In this document: in pieces, positions 1 through 12,200 of the stretch
Numbering within the stretch: the stretch's first letter is position 1
Layout: every line of letters begins with the position of its first letter
Source: Eledone cirrhosa
Taxonomy: Eukaryota
Reading direction: 5' to 3'
Length of the DNA: 64,000 nucleotides
Assembly (NCBI GenBank): GCA_964016885.1
Contig: CAXHJY010001603.1
Coordinates: 89,932-153,931, forward strand
Notes under the pieces: generated by a model
What the model was told of the DNA's origin: nothing
Databases searched by the model: none
The model's input: the letters and a program-made list of their open reading frames with translations, nothing else
Position numbers and translations under genes: made by a program

Positions 1-97
1 GCCTGAATTTCAGCAAGATATCTCCGTAAAATCAATAGTTGTGGCTGTGGAACCAAACCGTGTTAAACGTCAACATAGTCCGGCGGCGAATGGTGTG

Positions 98-114
98 CTT
101 CGAAGAAAACGAAT
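98..114 (+). other. CENP-B-box-like 17-mer CTTCGAAGAAAACGAAT (first instance; one per monomer)
   Basis: Matches the human CENP-B box CTTCGTTGGAAACGGGA at 11 of 17 positions without gaps, and 7 of the 9 binding-critical positions (TTCG....A..CGGG). Similarity only; binding is not shown. Confidence 0.4.
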
Positions 115-202
115 TACAAAAATGACGATTTGCCGGCGGAGTTACCTTTTCAATCGCGGGCCGGCCGCCCGTGGTCGGATTGATCTGTAATAACTGGTAC
201 AT

Positions 203-3200
203 GTGCAGACACTCATTGGCTATGTGTGGCCTGAATTTCAGCAAGATATCTCCGTAAAATCAATAGTTGTGGCTGTGGAACCAAACCGTGTTAAACGTCA
301 ACATAGTCCGGCGGCGAATGGTGTGCTTCGAAGAAAACGAATTACAAAAATGACGATTTGCCGGCGGAGTTACCTTTTCCATCGCGGGCCGGCCGCCCGT
401 GGTCGCATCGATCTGTAATTACTGGTACATGTGCAGACACTCATTGGCTATGTGTGGCCTGAATTTCAGCAAGATATCTCCGTAAAATCAATAGTTGTGG
501 CTGTGGAACCAAACCGTGTTAAACGTCAACAAAGTCCGGCGGCGAATGGTGTGCTTCGAAGAAAACGAATTACAAAAATGACGATTTGCCGGCGAAGTTA
601 CCTTTCCCATCGCGGGCCGGCCGCCCGTGGTCGGATTGATCTGTAATAACTGGTACATGTGCAGACACTCATTGGCTATGTGTGGCGTGAATTTTAGCAA
701 GATATCTCCGTAAAATCAATAGTTGTGGCTGTGGAACCAAACCGTGTTAAACGTCAACAAAGTCCGGCGGCGAATGGTGTGCTTCGAAGAAAACGAATCA
801 CAAAAATGACGATTTGCCGGCGGAGTTACCTCTTCAATCGCGGGCCGGCCGCCCGTGGTCGGATTGATCTGTAATAACTGGTACATGTGCAGACACTCAT
901 TGGCTATGTGTGGCCTGAATTTCAGCAAGATATCTCCGTAAAATCAATAGTTGTGGCTGTGGAACAAAACCGTGTTAAACGTCAACAAAGTCCGCCGGCG
1001 AATGGTGTGCTTCGAAGAAAACGAATCCAAAAATGACGATTTGCCGGCGGAGTTACCTTTTCAATCGCGGGCCGGCCGCCCGTGGTCGGATTGATCTGTA
1101 ATAACTGGTACATGTGCAGACACTCATTGGATATGTGTGGCGTGAATTTCAGCAAGATATCTCCGTAAAATCAATAGTTGTGGCTGTGGAACCAAACCGT
1201 GTTAAACGTCAACATAGTCCGGCGGCGAATGGTGTGCTTCGAAGAAAACGAATTACAAAAATGACGATTTGCCGGCGGAGTTACCTTTTCCATCGCGGGC
1301 CGGCCGCCCGTGGTCGCATCGATCTGTAATTACTGGTACATGTGCAGACACTCATTGGCTATGTGTGGCCTGAATTTCAGCAAGATATCTCCGTAAAATC
1401 AATAGTTGTGGCTGTGGAACCAAACCGTGTTAAACGTCAACAAAGTCCGGCGGCGAATGGTGTGCTTCGAAGAAAACGAATCACAAAAATGACGATTTGC
1501 CGGCGGAGTTACCTCTTCAATCGCGGGCCGGCCGCCCGTGGTCGGATTGATCTGTAATAACTGGTACAAGTGCAGACACTCATTGGCTATGTGTGGCGTG
1601 AATTTCAGCAAGATATCTCCGTAAAATCAATAGTTGTGGCTGTGGAACCAAACCGTGTTAAACGTCAACATAGTCCGGCGGCGAATGGTGTGCTTCGAAG
1701 AAAACGAATTACAAAAATGACGATTTGCCGGCGGAGTTACCTTTTCAATCGCGGGCCGGCCGCCCGTGGTCGGATTGATCTGTAATAACTGGTACATGTG
1801 CAGACACTCATTGGCTATGTGTGGCCTGAATTTCAGCAAGATATCTCCGTAAAATCAATAGTTGTGGCTGTGGAACCAAACCGTGTTAAACGTCAACATA
1901 GTCCGGCGGCGAATGGTGTGCTTCGAAGAAAACGAATTACAAAAATGACGATTTGCCGGCGGAGTTACCTTTTCCATCGCGGGCCGGCCGCCCGTGGTCG
2001 CATCGATCTGTAATTACTGGTACATGTGCAGACACTCATTGGCTATGTGTGGCCTGAATTTCAGCAAGATATCTCCGTAAAATCAATAGTTGTGGCTGTG
2101 GAACCAAACCGTGTTAAACGTCAACAAAGTCCGGCGGCGAATGGTGTGCTTCGAAGAAAACGAATTACAAAAATGACGATTTGCCGGCGAAGTTACCTTT
2201 CCCATCGCGGGCCGGCCGCCCGTGGTCGGATTGATCTGTAATAACTGGTACATGTGCAGACACTCATTGGCTATGTGTGGCGTGAATTTTAGCAAGATAT
2301 CTCCGTAAAATCAATAGTTGTGGCTGTGGAACCAAACCGTGTTAAACGTCAACAAAGTCCGGCGGCGAATGGTGTGCTTCGAAGAAAACGAATCACAAAA
2401 ATGACGATTTGCCGGCGGAGTTACCTCTTCAATCGCGGGCCGGCCGCCCGTGGTCGGATTGATCTGTAATAACTGGTACATGTGCAGACACTCATTGGCT
2501 ATGTGTGGCCTGAATTTCAGCAAGATATCTCCGTAAAATCAATAGTTGTGGCTGTGGAACAAAACCGTGTTAAACGTCAACAAAGTCCGCCGGCGAATGG
2601 TGTGCTTCGAAGAAAACGAATCCAAAAATGACGATTTGCCGGCGGAGTTACCTTTTCAATCGCGGGCCGGCCGCCCGTGGTCGGATTGATCTGTAATAAC
2701 TGGTACATGTGCAGACACTCATTGGATATGTGTGGCGTGAATTTCAGCAAGATATCTCCGTAAAATCAATAGTTGTGGCTGTGGAACCAAACCGTGTTAA
2801 ACGTCAACATAGTCCGGCGGCGAATGGTGTGCTTCGAAGAAAACGAATTACAAAAATGACGATTTGCCGGCGGAGTTACCTTTTCCATCGCGGGCCGGCC
2901 GCCCGTGGTCGCATCGATCTGTAATTACTGGTACATGTGCAGACACTCATTGGCTATGTGTGGCCTGAATTTCAGCAAGATATCTCCGTAAAATCAATAG
3001 TTGTGGCTGTGGAACCAAACCGTGTTAAACGTCAACAAAGTCCGGCGGCGAATGGTGTGCTTCGAAGAAAACGAATCACAAAAATGACGATTTGCCGGCG
3101 GAGTTACCTCTTCAATCGCGGGCCGGCCGCCCGTGGTCGGATTGATCTGTAATAACTGGTACAAGTGCAGACACTCATTGGCTATGTGTGGCGTGAATTT

Positions 3201-3392
3201 CAGCAAGATATCTCCGTAAAATCAATAGTTGTGGCTGTGGAACCAAACCGTGTTAAACGTCAACATAGTCCGGCGGCGAATGGTGTGCTTCGAAGAAAAC
3301 GAATTACAAAAATGACGATTTGCCGGCGGAGTTACCTTTTCAATCGCGGGCCGGCCGCCCGTGGTCGGATTGATCTGTAATAACTGGTACAT
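203..3392. repeat. 7-monomer higher-order repeat, 1595 bp (6x228 + 227), two complete copies
   Basis: Rare variants recur 1595 bp apart: TTGGATATG 1131/2726, TACAAGTG 1569/3164, 227-bp monomer 887/2482. ORF starts 203/1798, 431/2026 and 1342/2937 give identical translations. Confidence 0.95.
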
Positions 3393-6221
3393 GTGCAGAC
3401 ACTCATTGGCTATGTGTGGCCTGAATTTCAGCAAGATATCTCCGTAAAATCAATAGTTGTGGCTGTGGAACCAAACCGTGTTAAACGTCAACATAGTCCG
3501 GCGGCGAATGGTGTGCTTCGAAGAAAACGAATTACAAAAATGACGATTTGCCGGCGGAGTTACCTTTTCAATCGCGGGCCGGCCGCCCGTGGTCGGATTG
3601 ATCTGTAATAACTGGTACATGTGCAGACACTCATTGGCTATGTGTGGCCTGAATTTCAGCAAGATATCTCCGTAAAATCAATAGTTGTGGCTGTGGAACA
3701 AAACCGTGTTAAACGTCAACAAAGTCCGCCGGCGAATGGTGTGCTTCGAAGAAAACGAATCCAAAAATGACGATTTGCCGGCGGAGTTACCTTTTCAATC
3801 GCGGGCCGGCCGCCCGTGGTCGGATTGATCTGTAATAACTGGTACATGTGCAGACACTCATTGGCTATGTGTGGCCTGAATTTCAGCAAGATATCTCCGT
3901 AAAATCAATAGTTGTGGCTGTGGAACAAAACCGTGTTAAACGTCAACAAAGTCCGGCGGCGAATGGTGTGCTTCGAAGAAAACGAATTACAAAAATGACG
4001 ATTTGCCGGCGAAGTTACCTTTCCCATCGCGGGCCGGCCGCCCGTGGTCGGATTGATCTGTAATAACTGGTACATGTGCAGACACTCATTGGCTATGTGT
4101 GGCGTGAATTTTAGCAAGATATCTCCGTAAAATCAATAGTTGTGGCTGTGGAACCAAACCGTGTTAAACGTCAACATAGTCCGGCGGCGAATGGTGTGCT
4201 TCGAAGAAAACGAATTACAAAAGTGACGATTTGCCGGCGGAGTTACCTTTCCCATCGCGGGCCGGCCGCCCGTGGTCGCATCGATCTGTAATTACTGGTA
4301 CATGTGCAGACACTCATTGGCTATGTGTGGCCTAAAGTTCAGCAAGATATCTCCGTAAAATCAATAGTTGTGGCTGTGGAACCAAACCGTGTTAAACGTC
4401 AACATAGTCCGGCGGCGAATGGTGTGCTTCGAAGAAAACGAATTACAAAAATGACGATTTGCCGGCGGAGTTACCTTTTCAATCGCGGGCCGGCCGCCCG
4501 TGTCCGGATCGATCTGTAATTACTGGTACATGTGCAGACACTCATTGGCTATGTGTGGCGTGAATTTCAGCCAGATATCTCCGTAAAATCAATAGTTGTG
4601 GCTGTGGAACCAAACCGTGTTAAACGTCAACAAAGTCCGCCGGCGAATGGTGTGCTTCGAAGAAAACGAATCCAAAAATGACGATTAGCCGGCGGATTTA
4701 CCTTTTCAATCGCGGGCCGGCCGCCCGTGGTCGGATCGATCTGTAATTACTGGTACATGTGCAGACACTCATTGGCTATGTGTGGCGTGAATTTCAGCAA
4801 GATATCTCCGTAAAATCAATAGTTGTGGCTGTGGAACCAAACCGTGTTAAACGTCAACAAAGTCCGCCGGCGAATGGTGTGCTTCGAAGAAAACGAATCC
4901 AAAAATGACGATTAGCCGGCGGATTTACCTTTTCAATCGCGGGCCGGCCGACCGTGGTCGGATCGATCTGTAATTACTGGTACATGTGCAGACACTCATT
5001 GGCTATGTGTGGCGTGAATTTCAGCAAGATATCTCCGTAAAATCAATAGTTGTGGCTGTGGAACCAAACCGTGTTAAACGTCAACAAAGTCCGCCGGCGA
5101 ATGGTGTGCTTCGAAGAAAACGAATCCAAAAATGTCGATTTGCCGGCGGAGTTACCTTTTCAATCGCGGGCCGGCCGCCCGTGGTCGGATCGATCTGTAA
5201 TTACTGGTACATGTGCAGACACTCATTGGCTATGTGTGGCGTGAATTTCAGCAAGATATCTCCGTAAAATCAATAGTTGTGGCTGTGGAACCAAACCGTG
5301 TTAAACGTCAACAAAGTCCGCCGGCGAATGGTGTGCTTCGAAGAAAACGAATCCAAAAATGTCGATTTGCCGGCGGAGTTACCTTTTCAATCGCGGGCCG
5401 GCCGCCCGTGTCCGGATCGATCTGTAATTACTGGTACATGTGCAGACACTCATTGGCTATGTGTGGCGTGAATTTCAGCCAGATATCTCCGTAAAATCAA
5501 TAGTTGTGGCTGTGGAACCAAACCGTGTTAAACGTCAACAAAGTCCGCCGGCGAATGGTGTGCTTCGAAGAAAACGAATCCAAAAATGACGATTAGCCGG
5601 CGGATTTACCTTTTCAATCGCGGGCCGGCCGCCCGTGGTCGGATCGATCTGTAATTACTGGTACATGTGCAGACACTCATTGGCTATGTGTGGCGTGAAT
5701 TTCAGCAAGATATCTCCGTAAAATCAATAGTTGTGGCTGTGGAACCAAACCGTGTTAAACGTCAACAAAGTCCGCCGGCGAATGGTGTGCTTCGAAGAAA
5801 ACGAATCCAAAAATGTCGATTTGCCGGCGGAGTTACCTTTTCAATCGCGCGCCGGCCGCCCGTGTCCGGATCGATCTGTAATTACTGGTACATGTGCAGA
5901 CACTCATTGGCTATGTGTGGCGTGAATTTCAGCAAGATATCTCCGTAAAATCAATATTTGTGGCTGTGGAACCAAACCGTGTTAAACGTCAACAAAGTCC
6001 GCCGGCGAATGGTGTGCTTCGAAGAAAACGAATCCAAAAATGACGATTAGCCGGCGGATTTACCTTTTCAATCGCGGGCCGGCCGTCCGTGGTCGGATCG
6101 ATCTGTAATTACTGGTACATGTGCAGACACTCATTGGCTATGTGTGGCGTGAATTTCAGCAAGATATCTCCGTAAAATCAATAGTTGTGGCTGTGGAACC
6201 AAACCGTGTTAAACGTCAACA

Positions 6222-6288
6222 AAGTCCGCCGGCGAATGGTGTGCTTCGAAGAAAACGAATCCAAAAATGACGATTAGCCGGCGGATTT
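6222..6288. repeat. Intra-monomer imperfect inverted repeat, 19-bp arms, 29-bp spacer (representative instance; one per 227-bp monomer)
   Basis: AAGTCCGCCGGCGAATGGT (6222-6240) versus ACGATTAGCCGGCGGATTT (6270-6288; reverse complement AAATCCGCCGGCTAATCGT): 16 of 19 identical. Confidence 0.85.
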
Positions 6289-9200
6289 ACCTTTTCAATC
6301 GCGGGCCGGCCGTCCGTGGTCGGATCGATCTGTAATTACTGGTACATGTGCAGACACTCATTGGCTATGTGTGGCGTGAATTTCAGCAAGATATCTCCGT
6401 AAAATCAATAGTTGTGGCTGTGGAACCAAACCGTGTTAAACGTCAACAAAGTCCGCCGGCGAATGGTGTGCTTCGAAGAAAACGAATCCAAAAATGACGA
6501 TTAGCCGGCGGATTTACCTTTTCAATCGCGGGCCGGCCGCCCGTGGTCGGATCGATCTGTAATTACTGGTACATGTGCAGACACTCATTGGCTATGTGTG
6601 GCGTGAATTTCAGCAAGATATCTCCGTAAAATCAATAGTTGTGGTTGTGGAACCAAACCGTGTTAAACGTCAACAAAGTCCGCCGGCGAATGGTGTGCTT
6701 CGAAGAAAACGAATCCAAAAATGTCGATTTGCCGGCGGAGTTACCTTTTCAATCGCGGGCCGGCCGCCCGTGTCCGGATCGATCTGTAATTACTGGGACA
6801 TGTGCAGACACTCATTGGCTATGTGTGGCGTGAATTTCAGCAAGATACCTCCGTAAAATCAATAGTTGTGGTTGTGGAACCAAACCGTGTTAAACGTCAA
6901 CAAAGTCCGCCGGCGAATGGTGTGCTTCGAAGAAAACGAATCCAAAAATGACGATTAGCCGGCGGATTTACCTTTTCAATCGCGGGCCGGCCGTCCGTGG
7001 TCGGATCGATCTGTAATTACTGGTACATGTGCAGACACTCATTGGCTATGTGTGGCGTGAATTTCAGCAAGATATCTCCGTAAAATCAATAGTTGTGGCT
7101 GTGGAACCAAACCGTGTTAAACGTCAACAAAGTCCGCCGGCGAATGGTGTGCTTCGAAGAAAACGAATCCAAAAATGACGATTAGCCGGCGGATTTACCT
7201 TTTCAATCGCGGGCCGGCCGCCCGTGGTCGGATCGATCTGTAATTACTGGTACATGTGCAGACACTCATTGGCTATGTGTGGCGTGAATTTCAGCAAGAT
7301 ATCTCCGTAAAATCAATAGTTGTGGTTGTGGAACCAAACCGTGTTAAACGTCAACAAAGTCCGCCGGCGAATGGTGTGCTTCGAAGAAAACGAATCCAAA
7401 AATGTCGATTTGCCGGCGGAGTTACCTTTTCAATCGCGCGCCGGCCGCCCGTGTCCGGATCGATCTGTAATTACTGGTACATGTGCAGACACTCATTGGC
7501 TATGTGTGGCGTGAATTTCAGCAAGATATCTCCGTAAAATCAATATTTGTGGCTGTGGAACCAAACCGTGTTAAACGTCAACAAAGTCCGCCGGCGAATG
7601 GTGTGCTTCGAAGAAAACGAATCCAAAAATGACGATTAGCCGGCGGATTTACCTTTTCAATCGCGGGCCGGCCGCCCGTGGTCGGATCGATCTGTAATTA
7701 CTGGTACATGTGCAGACACTCATTGGCTATGTGTGGCGTGAATTTCAGCAAGATATCTCCGTAAAATCAATAGTTGTGGCTGTGGAACCAAACCGTGTTA
7801 AACGTCAACAAAGTCCGCCGGCGAATGGTGTGCTTCGAAGAAAACGAATCCAAAAATGACGATTAGCCGGCGGATTTACCTTTTCAATCGCGGGCCGGCC
7901 GCCCGTGGTCGGATCGATCTGTAATTACTGGTACATGTGCAGACACTCATTGGCTATGTGTGGCGTGAATTTCAGCCAGATATCTCCGTAAAATCAATAG
8001 TTGTGGCTGTGGAACCAAACCGTGTTAAACGTCAACAAAGTCCGCCGGCGAATGGTGTGCTTCGAAGAAAACGAATCCAAAAATGTCGATTTGCCGGCGG
8101 AGTTACCTTTTCAATCGCGGGCCGGCCGCCCGTGTCCGGATCGATCTGTAATTACTGGGACATGTGCAGACACTCATTGGCTATGTGTGGCGTGAATTTC
8201 AGCAAGATACCTCCGTAAAATCAATAGTTGTGGTTGTGGAACCAAACCGTGTTAAACGTCAACAAAGTCCGCCGGCGAATGGTGTGCTTCGAAGAAAACG
8301 AATCCAAAAATGACGATTAGCCGGCGGATTTACCTTTTCAATCGCGGGCCGGCCGACCGTGGTCGGATCGATCTGTAATTACTGGTACATGTGCAGACAC
8401 TCATTGGCTATGTGTGGCGTGAATTTCAGCAAGATATCTCCGTAAAATCAATAGTTGTGGCTGTGGAACCAAACCGTGTTAAACGTCAACAAAGTCCGCC
8501 GGCGAATGGTGTGCTTCGAAGAAAACGAATCCAAAAATGACGATTAGCCGGCGGATTTACCTTTTCAATCGCGGGCCGGCCGCCCGTGGTCGGATCGATC
8601 TGTAATTACTGGTACATGTGCAGACACTCATTGGCTATGTGTGGCGTGAATTTCAGCAAGATATCTCCGTAAAATCAATAGTTGTGGCTGTGGAACCAAA
8701 CCGTGTTAAACGTCAACAAAGTCCGCCGGCGAATGGTGTGCTTCGAAGAAAACGAATCCAAAAATGTCGATTTGCCGGCGGAGTTACCTTTTCAATCGCG
8801 GGCCGGCCGCCCGTGGTCGGATCGATCTGTAATTACTGGTACATGTGCAGACACTCATTGGCTATGTGTGGCGTGAATTTCAGCAAGATATCTCCGTAAA
8901 ATCAATAGTTGTGGCTGTGGAACCAAACCGTGTTAAACGTCAACAAAGTCCGCCGGCGAATGGTGTGCTTCGAAGAAAACGAATCCAAAAATGTCGATTT
9001 GCCGGCGGAGTTACCTTTTCAATCGCGGGCCGGCCGCCCGTGTCCGGATCGATCTGTAATTACTGGTACATGTGCAGACACTCATTGGCTATGTGTGGCG
9101 TGAATTTCAGCCAGATATCTCCGTAAAATCAATAGTTGTGGCTGTGGAACCAAACCGTGTTAAACGTCAACAAAGTCCGCCGGCGAATGGTGTGCTTCGA

Positions 9201-12200
9201 AGAAAACGAATCCAAAAATGACGATTAGCCGGCGGATTTACCTTTTCAATCGCGGGCCGGCCGCCCGTGGTCGGATCGATCTGTAATTACTGGTACATGT
9301 GCAGACACTCATTGGCTATGTGTGGCGTGAATTTCAGCAAGATATCTCCGTAAAATCAATAGTTGTGGCTGTGGAACCAAACCGTGTTAAACGTCAACAA
9401 AGTCCGCCGGCGAATGGTGTGCTTCGAAGAAAACGAATCCAAAAATGTCGATTTGCCGGCGGAGTTACCTTTTCAATCGCGCGCCGGCCGCCCGTGGTCG
9501 GATCGATCTGTAATTACTGGTACATGTGCAGACACTCATTGGCTATGTGTGGCGTGAATTTGAGCAAGATATCTCCGTAAAATCAATAGTTGTGGCTGTG
9601 GAACCAAACCGTGTTAAACGTCAACAAAGTCCGCCGGCGAATGGTGTGCTTCGAAGAAAACGAATCCAAAAATGTCGATTTGCCGGCGGAGTTACCTTTT
9701 CAATCGCGGGCCGGCCGCCCGTGTCCGGATCGATCTGTAATTACTGGGACATGTGCAGACACTCATTGGCTATGTGTGGCGTGAATTTCAGCAAGATACC
9801 TCCGTAAAATCAATAGTTGTGGTTGTGGAACCAAACCGTGTTAAACGTCAACAAAGTCCGCCGGCGAATGGTGTGCTTCGAAGAAAACGAATCCAAAAAT
9901 GACGATTAGCCGGCGGATTTACCTTTTCAATCGCGGGCCGGCCGCCCGTGGTCGGATCGATCTGTAATTACTGGTACATGTGCAGACACTCATTGGCTAT
10001 GTGTGGCGTGAATTTCAGCAAGATATCTCCGTAAAATCAATAGTTGTGGTTGTGGAACCAAACCGTGTTAAACGTCAACAAAGTCCGCCGGCGAATGGTA
10101 TGCTTCGAAGAAAACGAATCCAAAAATGTCGATTTGCCGGCGGAGTTACCTTTTCAATCGCGGGCCGGCCGCCCGTGTCCGGATCGATCTGTAATTACTG
10201 GGACATGTGCAGACACTCATTGGCTATGTGTGGCGTGAATTTCAGCAAGATACCTCCGTAAAATCAATAGTTGTGGTTGTGGAACCAAACCGTGTTAAAC
10301 GTCAACAAAGTCCGCCGGCGAATGGTGTGCTTCGAAGAAAACGAATCCAAAAATGACGATTAGCCGGCGGATTTACCTTTTCAATCGCGGGCCGGCCGCC
10401 CGTGGTCGGATCGATCTGTAATTACTGGTACATGTGCAGACACTCATTGGCTATGTGTGGCGTGAATTTCAGCAAGATATCTCCGTAAAATCAATAGTTG
10501 TGGCTGTGGAACCAAACCGTGTTAAACGTCAACAAAGTCCGCCGGCGAATGGTGTGCTTCGAAGAAAACGAATCCAAAAATGACGATTAGCCGGCGGATT
10601 TACCTTTTCAATCGCGGGCCGGCCGCCCGTGGTCGGATCGATCTGTAATTACTGGTACATGTGCAGACACTCATTGGCTATGTGTGGCGTGAATTTCAGC
10701 AAGATATCTCCGTAAAATCAATAGTTGTGGCTGTGGAACCAAACCGTGTTAAACGTCAACAAAGTCCGCCGGCGAATGGTGTGCTTCGAAGAAAACGAAT
10801 CCAAAAATGTCGATTTGCCGGCGGAGTTACCTTTTCAATCGCGGGCCGGCCGCCCGTGTCCGGATCGATCTGTAATTACTGGGACATGTGCAGACACTCA
10901 TTGGCTATGTGTGGCGTGAATTTCAGCAAGATACCTCCGTAAAATCAATAGTTGTGGTTGTGGAACCAAACCGTGTTAAACGTCAACAAAGTCCGCCGGC
11001 GAATGGTGTGCTTCGAAGAAAACGAATCCAAAAATGACGATTAGCCGGCGGATTTACCTTTTCAATCGCGGGCCGGCCGCCCGTGGTCGGATCGATCTGT
11101 AATTACTGGTACATGTGCAGACACTCATTGGCTATGTGTGGCGTGAATTTCAGCAAGATATCTCCGTAAAATCAATAGTTGTGGTTGTGGAACCAAACCG
11201 TGTTAAACGTCAACAAAGTCCGCCGGCGAATGGTGTGCTTCGAAGAAAACGAATCCAAAAATGTCGATTTGCCGGCGGAGTTACCTTTTCAATCGCGCGC
11301 CGGCCGCCCGTGTCCGGATCGATCTGTAATTACTGGTACATGTGCAGACACTCATTGGCTATGTGTGGCGTGAATTTCAGCAAGATATCTCCGTAAAATC
11401 AATATTTGTGGCTGTGGAACCAAACCGTGTTAAACGTCAACAAAGTCCGCCGGCGAATGGTGTGCTTCGAAGAAAACGAATCCAAAAATGACGATTAGCC
11501 GGCGGATTTACCTTTTCAATCGCGGGCCGGCCGCCCGTGGTCGGATCGATCTGTAATTACTGGTACATGTGCAGACACTCATTGGCTATGTGTGGCGTGA
11601 ATTTCAGCAAGATATCTCCGTAAAATCAATAGTTGTGGCTGTGGAACCAAACCGTGTTAAACGTCAACAAAGTCCGCCGGCGAATGGTGTGCTTCGAAGA
11701 AAACGAATCCAAAAATGACGATTAGCCGGCGGATTTACCTTTTCAATCGCGGGCCGGCCGCCCGTGGTCGGATCGATCTGTAATTACTGGTACATGTGCA
11801 GACACTCATTGGCTATGTGTGGCGTGAATTTCAGCAAGATATCTCCGTAAAATCAATAGTTGTGGCTGTGGAACCAAACCGTGTTAAACGTCAACAAAGT
11901 CCGCCGGCGAATGGTGTGCTTCGAAGAAAACGAATCCAAAAATGTCGATTTGCCGGCGGAGTTACCTTTTCAATCGCGGGCCGGCCGCCCGTGTCCGGAT
12001 CGATCTGTAATTACTGGGACATGTGCAGACACTCATTGGCTATGTGTGGCGTGAATTTCAGCAAGATACCTCCGTAAAATCAATAGTTGTGGTTGTGGAA
12101 CCAAACCGTGTTAAACGTCAACAAAGTCCGCCGGCGAATGGTGTGCTTCGAAGAAAACGAATCCAAAAATGACGATTAGCCGGCGGATTTACCTTTTCAA

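Larger units (their letters stand above)
1..4500. repeat. Satellite subfamily L: predominantly 228-bp monomers
   Basis: Diagnostic states GTCCGGCGGCG, GAATTACAAAAA or GAATCACAAAAA (1 bp longer than GAATCCAAAAA), TGACGATTTGCC, and often GGCCTG, CAACATAG, GGATTGATC and GTAATAAC. Spacing is 228 bp except monomers at 887, 2482 and 3621 (227 bp). Confidence 0.96.

Noticed and set aside
98-113. Heat-shock element (TTC/GAA units)
   Set aside because: The spacing TTC-GAA-GAA does not fit the alternating nGAAnnTTCn pentamer arrangement.
156-198. Helitron-like 3' end (GC hairpin CGGGC-CGGCC-GCCCG followed by CTRR)
   Set aside because: The stem is only 5 bp, the sequence at the expected distance is CTGT, and CTGG lies about 23 bp downstream. 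No other transposon hallmark is present, so a transposon origin is unsupported.
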